Source of the DNA: an uncultured Acidimicrobiia bacterium
GTDB taxonomy: Bacteria; Actinomycetota; Acidimicrobiia; Acidimicrobiales; AC-14
Reading direction: 5' to 3'
Length of the DNA: 64,000 nucleotides
Assembly (NCBI GenBank): GCA_963836205.1
Contig: CAWIIV010000014.1
Location: 64,001 to 128,000, forward strand
The translations under genes and the position numbers were made by a program. Positions 58,329 through 64,000 of this stretch are shown here, one piece after another. The notes below the pieces were generated by a model. The model saw only the letters and a program-made list of their open reading frames with translations. It was not told the origin of the DNA and did no database searches. Positions within the stretch are counted from its first letter, which is position 1, and every line of letters starts with the position of its first letter.

Positions 58329-59168
58329 TCAGCGGCGGCGGCCGGCGCGGTCGAGGGCCCGCAGGGGTGGGAAGAGGTCGATCACCCGGCTGAACGACAC
58401 CAGCTCGCCGGCCACGTTGAGGGTCACCAGGGCCACGAGGACCACGTCGCGCACACCCGCACCGGTGGTCAGGACCACGGCCAGGCCCAGGACGGCCCCC
58501 AGAGGGTTGGCGCCGGCGTCGCCGAGCATCAGCCGCTCGTGGAGGTCGTCGGTGAGCAGGCCGGCGGCGGCGCCGACCACCACCGCCACCGCGACCAGCT
58601 CGGGGGCGGCGCCGACGCCGAGCAGCAGGAGGACGAAGATGGCGCCCGCGGCCTTCGTCGTGCGCCCCGGCGCCCGGTCGAGGAGGTTGGCCATGTTGGC
58701 GGCCAGGGCCACGACGAGAGCGTCGGCGATCAGCCGGCCCGGCGAACGCCCGACCTGAGGGGCCACGACGAGCAGGGCCACTGCGCCACCACCGGCCAGC
58801 TTCAGCAACCCGCTGGTGACCTGGCCCGCCAGCAACGCCGTTCCGTGGCCGCGGAAGCCCTTGTGCTGCGCCGAGCCCAGCACGTCGTCGAGCAGGCCAA
58901 GGACGCCGTAGCCGAGGACCGCCACCAGGACCAGGACCCGGGGTCGGTTGAGGCCCAGGTCGCCCACGCCGAAGGAGGCAGCCAGGGCCCGTCCCCCCTC
59001 GACCGCCAGCACGACGAGGGGCAGCACCACGCCGGCGGCGGTGGGCAGGGTGGCGCCCCGGTAGTTGGTACGGGTGAGGCTCGGGGACTCGAACATCGGA
59101 GCCAGCCCCAACCACAGCAGCCGGGCCATCAGCAGGCCGACCAGCAGCCCCGCGGCGACGGCCGTCAC
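58329..59168 (-). CDS. MraY/WecA-like (glycosyltransferase family 4) membrane protein
   Basis: RTNYRG, LGLLDD, NLLDRAPGR, MLGDAGANPLG. Confidence 0.8.
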   Translation of the reverse strand: MTAVAAGLLVGLLMARLLWLGLAPMFESPSLTRTNYRGATLPTAAGVVLPLVVLAVEGGRALAASFGVGDLGLNRPRVLVLVAVLGYGVLGLLDDVLGSAQHKGFRGHGTALLAGQVTSGLLKLAGGGAVALLVVAPQVGRSPGRLIADALVVALAANMANLLDRAPGRTTKAAGAIFVLLLLGVGAAPELVAVAVVVGAAAGLLTDDLHERLMLGDAGANPLGAVLGLAVVLTTGAGVRDVVLVALVTLNVAGELVSFSRVIDLFPPLRALDRAGRRR

Positions 59169-59217
59169 CGGTCCACCCCGCGGTCGCGCGCCGCAGCCCG
59201 ACCGGCCGACACCTGGG

Positions 59218-62200
59218 TCACCGGGCCTCGGTGGGCTGAGGTTGGGCCGGGGGCGGCGGCGAGGGCGAGTCCAGGTCGAGGGCGGGCTCCAGCAGCGCCG
59301 GCCGCCGCCCGCTCCCGTCCTCGGACAGGGCGAGGAGGGTCAGGAAGGGCGCCACGAAGACCAGGACGAGGGCGGTGACCACGATGCCGGAGTCGTTCAC
59401 CGCGCAGCCGAGGAGGCCGGCGGCCACCGCGGCCACCACCCCGATGCGGCGGGGGGAGCGGGGCGGGAGCAGGTCGTCGACCCGCAGCCGCCAGGCGAGC
59501 AGGCCGAGGACGAAGGCGGCCACGATCGGCACCAGCCAGGCCCAGATCGACGCCCGGAACACCCGGACGTTGGCCTCCGCCTTGCGGGCGATGGTGGTGC
59601 CGAGCTGGCCGTGGCCGTCGATGGTGTCGGCCACGACCCGGCCCAGGTGGGTGCGGGCCTCGGGCGGGCGGAGGAGGTCGATGCCGGCCGCGATCCCGAG
59701 CACGGCCAGCGTGGCCACCAGCGCCACCGCCACCACCCGCCCCGTGATCCGGCGGCCGGACAACGCCACGAGGGTGAGGGCGAACACCGGCCCCAGGGTG
59801 AGGACCCCACCCACGTCGTCGCCCAGGGTGGGGGCGCCGTCGAGGACGAGCACGAGGGCGAAGAGGGCGGCCACCGCCACCAGCGCCTCCCGCCGGCGGG
59901 GGCGCGCTCGAAGTGGAGGACACCGGCCAGGATGGTCGTGCCCGCCAGCACCGCGAAGGCGCTGTTGCCCAGCCCGTAGAAGCGGGCCGCGGTGTGGGGC
60001 GAGTAGCCGAGGACAGAGGCCGTCTGCAACCGGGCCCCGGTGGCGACGTCGAGGGCGAGGACGGCCACGGTCGCTCCCATCACCCACGCCAGGGGCGACA
60101 GCGGGTGGCGACGGGCCCGGACGGCGAGGGCCACGATGGCGGCGTCGATGGCCACCAGGAGGCCGGCGCCGGCCGGGCCGAGGGCGGGGGCGAACGGCAC
60201 CGCCCGGAGCAGGAACGTGGCCAGGGGGAAGGCGGCGAAAGCGATGACGCCCAGGCGGACGATGGTGGCGGCATCGGTCGCGGTCGGCCACCATCCGTCC
60301 GGGAGCGGCCATCGGCCCCCCGCCGGCTGCCCCGACAAGGCCGACGCCCCGGCCCCCGACGTCCGGTCCCTCGACGCCCCGGGGCCCGACGCCCCCGTCC
60401 CGGCCGACCCGGGCCCCGCCGCACCGGCAGCCGCCGCCTCCCCGGCCGTCCCTACCGCCCTCGCCCCCGCCGGGCCGGTCCTCCGCCGGCTACCGAACAC
60501 GACGAGGGCCAGGGCGTAGACCAGCCCCTGGGCGACGACGAACCCGGCCGCGACCCGGAAGTAGATCCGCTCCCGGTAGGCGGCGTCGCGGTCGAGCCGG
60601 GCCAGGCGTTCGACCCGGGGCGCCGTCGTCGAGAAGCGCAGCGGGTGCCCGATCATCGCCACCGGCACCGGCGCGCCCACGGCCGCCAGCACCGTGGGGG
60701 CGACGTCGGTGAGCGTCACCAGGCCCAGCCGCTTGGTCGACGGTGACGCCAGCGTGCCCGGCACCACGCCCGGACCGGCCGCCACCACCGGCGTCAGCCG
60801 CCACTCCTCGTCGGGCGGGACCACCGACACGATCAGCACCAGCGTCGTCGGTTCGAGTCCGGCCACGATGCGGCCGAGGACGGCGTCGGTGTCCTCCAGG
60901 GCGAAGTCGCGGGACAGATCGCCGAACCCGGGCAGCGCCACCTCCTCCCAGTCCTCGGCCCGGGTCATGTCCCCCGGGTCGACGATGACCACGTCGGCCT
61001 CGTCCAATGCCCGGAGGGTGGCACCCGCCACCTGCTCGGGGTCGGCCCGCTCGTCGAACGGTGCCCCCGCGTCGAGCATGAGGAGGTCGGTGTCCACCCG
61101 GCCGGTGTCGACCACGCCCGCCCGGTCCATCAGGGCGAGCGCCGCCGGTCGGAACCGGGCCGGTCGGTCCTCGAGGATGCCCGGCCAGGTCAGCCCCTCG
61201 GCGATGTCGGACACCCCCACCACCGCCGTCGTGCGGCCGGCGGCGTGCAGCGCCTCGCCCAGGTCGCCGGGCAGGGTGGGGAGGTGGCGGCCCGCCGACC
61301 GGCGGATGTCGGCCGCGTCGGCGACCACGATCGGTCGGTCTCCGTCGGGCTCGACCCGGGCCGCGGCCTCGTCGGACACTCGCACCCGTGCGCCCGCACC
61401 CAGGGTGGCGTAGCCCTCGGCCACCGACGGGTGGGACGACCCCGTGCGCACGCTCATCGCCCCCAGGGAGCCGGCGTCGATCAGCCGGTCGAGGTTGGGC
61501 ATGGTGCCGTTGCCGACGTCGTCCCACCCCAGGCCGGGGACGCCCACCAGCAGCACCTTGGACGCGGTGGCGGTGGAGGCGACCGTGTCGGGCTCCCACT
61601 GCGAGCCGGACCAGGCCATTCCCAGCAGGACCAGTACCAGGGCGCCGACGATGACCGCCATCCGGACCCGGGCCGACGTGAGCCGCACCCAGAGGGCGCG
61701 GGCGATGTCGACGCCCTGCCGGCCCCGGTGGACGAAACCCTGGAGGCGCCGGCCGGTGTGGCGATGGTCCATGACCACCGGCATCTCCTCCACCCGGGCA
61801 CCGGCCCGGACGGCGTCGATGGTGAAGGCGGTCTCCAACCCGAAGCGGGCCGCCAACTCGAGGGTGCGGAGGAGCTCGCCCCGCACCGCCCGCTGGCCGG
61901 ACAGCGGCGCCTGGGCGGCGAAGCCGCAGGCCCGCTCGATGCCCGCCGCCGCCAGCCGGCGCACGAGCCCGAACCCGCCCCGGCCGCCGGCCCCGGGGAG
62001 GACCCCGATCACCACGTCGGCCCGGCCCGCGAGGACCGGTTCGAGGAGGGCCCCGGCGGCGGCCGCGGTGACGCCGACGTCGGCGTCGACCAGCAGGTAG
62101 ACGTCGGTCTCCGAGCTGGTGGCCACCCCGGCTGCCACCGCCCCGCCCTTGCCCACGTTGGCCGGCAGGCGCAGCACCCACGCCCCCGCCTGGATCGCGG

Positions 62201-62366
62201 CCGACGAGGTGTCGTCGGTGGACCCGTCGTCGACCACCAGGACCTCGTCGACGTCGGGCAGGGACCGCAAGGCGGCGACGGTGGCCCCGACGGTGTCGGC
62301 CCGGTCCTTGGCCGCCACCAGGGCCACCACCCGCGGCCGGCCGGGCGCGACCTCGTTGGTGGTCAC
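59218..62366 (-). CDS. GT2 glycosyltransferase fused to alkaline-phosphatase-like extracytoplasmic domain and multi-TM region; apparent frameshift near 59900
   Basis: VVDDGSTD, VGKGGA, LLVDAD, PLSGQRA; VPGLGWDD, TLTDVAPT; RFYGLGN, GDDVGG, NDSG. Confidence 0.75.
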
Positions 62367-63994
62367 GGGGCGTCCAGGGCGGGAACGAGGTGGGTGCGGT
62401 CGAGCTCGGGCGCCCGCAGCAGCCGCTGGACGCCCAGATAGGCGGCCAGCCCGGCGCCGCCGGCGACCACCAGGGTGACGGCGGCACCGGCCCGGGATTC
62501 GCTGCCCACCGCCCGGGCGACGACCGCCGCCGCCCCGGCCGCCACCGTCGCCGCCAACGCGGCCCGGGCCCCGGCCGCGGCCACCGGCACCGGCTCGCCC
62601 ACCCGCCGGCGGACGAGCACCAGCAGGACGCAGGCGCCGACCACCATCGCCACCGAGTGGGCCACCCCCAGGACGACCACCCGGCCGTCGCCGGTGGCGG
62701 ACACGAACCCGGCCACCATGAGCGCGGAGCCCCCGATCGCCACCCCCAGGCCGACGAGGGCGGGCGTCCGCACGTCTCCGGCGGCGTAGGAGGCCCGGGT
62801 GAGGAGGTGGATCCCGGCGTAGCCGGTGATCCCGAAGGCGTAGGCGGCGAGCACGCCGGCCACCAGGCGGGCGCCGTCGGAGTCGAGGGCGCCGATCCGG
62901 ATGAGGCGCAGGGCGGGGCCGCCGAGAACGGCCAGCAGGGCGGTGGCGGGAACGGTCCAGAACACGATGGTGCGGGCCCCCTGCCCGAGGGCACCCGCGA
63001 ACGTCGCCCACCGGCGCTCGACCGCAGCCGCGGCCAGGCGCGGGTAGAGGGTGGTGAGCACCGGATGGGCGAACAGGGCGTGCGGGAACAGGAACATGGT
63101 GAAGGCGATCTGGAACGCCACCACCCCGCCCTCCACCCGGTTGGCCAGGACCAACGTGGTGGCCAGCAGGACCTGGGAGGCGGCCAGCGACGCCGCCCCC
63201 CACAGCCCGGCCCGGCCGATCGCCTTCAGCCCCGGGTGGTGAGGGTCCCATCGAGGCCGCAGCCGCAGACCCGCCCGCCAGGCGGCCACCACCGGCACCG
63301 CGGTCATGGCCACCACCCCGGCCGTGGTCCCCAGCGCCAGCAGCAGCCGGGGACCGAGGTCGAGCTGGAGGCCGGCGCCCCGTCCCCCGTCGTGGGTGAC
63401 GGCCCAGAACAGGCCCATGGTGGCGATGACGGCCAGGTTGTTGGCGACGGGAGCCAGGGCGGCGGCGGCGAAGCGGCGGGCGGAGTGGAGCACGGCCGTG
63501 GCCACCGCCCCCACCACGTAGAGAAGCACCTGGGGGATGAAGAACACCAGGAGGAACGACCCCAGGCGGATCTCGGCCTGGCGGACCTCGGCGTCGGGGA
63601 CGGCGACGGTGAGGGCGCGCATGATCCACGGCCGGGCCACCAGGCCGGCGACGGTGACCACGGCCATCACCGCCAACGTCATCCCCAGGAGGGCGCCGGC
63701 CAGGCGCTCGACGTCGCGCCGGCCGTCGCCGTCGGCCCCGCCCCGGTCGGCCTGGAGGAGGGCCACGAAGGGTGGTACCAGCACCGACGAGAGCATCCCC
63801 GCCGCCAGCAGCTCGAAGAGGAGGTTGGAGACGAGGTTGGCCGTCTGGTACACGTTGCCCAGGAAGGTGGTGCCGAGGGCGCCGCCGATGGCCAGCACCC
63901 GCAGCAGGCCGGTGGCGCGGGACACCACGTTGGCCGCCGTCACCTGGGCCGTGGGTCCGGTGAAGGCCGCCCGCCGGGACGGGGGGGCGGTCAC
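62363..63994 (-). CDS. murJ: MurJ/MviN-family lipid-linked oligosaccharide flippase
   Basis: VSRATGLLR, YQTANLVSNLLFELL, FIPQV, APVANN, RASYA. Confidence 0.88.
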   Translation of the reverse strand: MTAPPSRRAAFTGPTAQVTAANVVSRATGLLRVLAIGGALGTTFLGNVYQTANLVSNLLFELLAAGMLSSVLVPPFVALLQADRGGADGDGRRDVERLAGALLGMTLAVMAVVTVAGLVARPWIMRALTVAVPDAEVRQAEIRLGSFLLVFFIPQVLLYVVGAVATAVLHSARRFAAAALAPVANNLAVIATMGLFWAVTHDGGRGAGLQLDLGPRLLLALGTTAGVVAMTAVPVVAAWRAGLRLRPRWDPHHPGLKAIGRAGLWGAASLAASQVLLATTLVLANRVEGGVVAFQIAFTMFLFPHALFAHPVLTTLYPRLAAAAVERRWATFAGALGQGARTIVFWTVPATALLAVLGGPALRLIRIGALDSDGARLVAGVLAAYAFGITGYAGIHLLTRASYAAGDVRTPALVGLGVAIGGSALMVAGFVSATGDGRVVVLGVAHSVAMVVGACVLLVLVRRRVGEPVPVAAAGARAALAATVAAGAAAVVARAVGSESRAGAAVTLVVAGGAGLAAYLGVQRLLRAPELDRTHLVPALDAP

Positions 63995-64000
63995 GCAGGA

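Noticed and set aside
1195-59900. Programmed frameshifting or true pseudogenisation in sigJ, fbiC, trmO, LOG, the second HExxH gene and the GT2 fusion
   Set aside because: Single small indels in otherwise intact conserved genes, with no shared slippery motif or other decay. Most simply explained as sequencing or assembly errors; needs a read check.

Overview
High-GC actinobacterial chromosome segment. The gene content (FbiC, OpcA, ECF41/SigE-type sigmas, Tad genes, many apparently leaderless genes) suggests Acidimicrobiia, by inference. In order: a CMD/AhpD-SigJ (ECF41) pair; a candidate small toxin-antitoxin pair; a Tad/Flp pilus cluster (tadE, tadE, tadG-like / cpaB, cpaE, tadA, tadB, tadC) with a 17-bp minigene tandem array between tadB and tadC; four orphan response regulators and a HEAT-repeat protein; TetR with a desaturase and a perfect operator; transketolase; a FIST protein; a class III cyclase-STAND ATPase, an atypical lipoxygenase and a Crp regulator with a CRP box; a PP2C/anti-sigma fusion with STAS; a SigE-type ECF with a membrane partner; zwf-opcA-pgl; a cupredoxin lipoprotein; a thioesterase-PPTase fusion with an internally deleted adenylation domain; fbiC; an accessory region (about 40.8-46.9 kb) with a fungal-type vanadium chloroperoxidase, a DM13 protein and a mobile-element graveyard that includes an IS110-like remnant; trmO; a secreted beta-propeller; a cNMP domain/carotenoid oxygenase junction; LOG; a subtilase with a small partner; two tandem secreted HExxH-Fn3 proteins; and an MraY-like/GT2-fusion/murJ envelope module. 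Several single-indel frameshifts in conserved genes look like sequencing or assembly errors. No rRNA, tRNA or CRISPR array was seen. All family assignments are by motif recognition, not database search.
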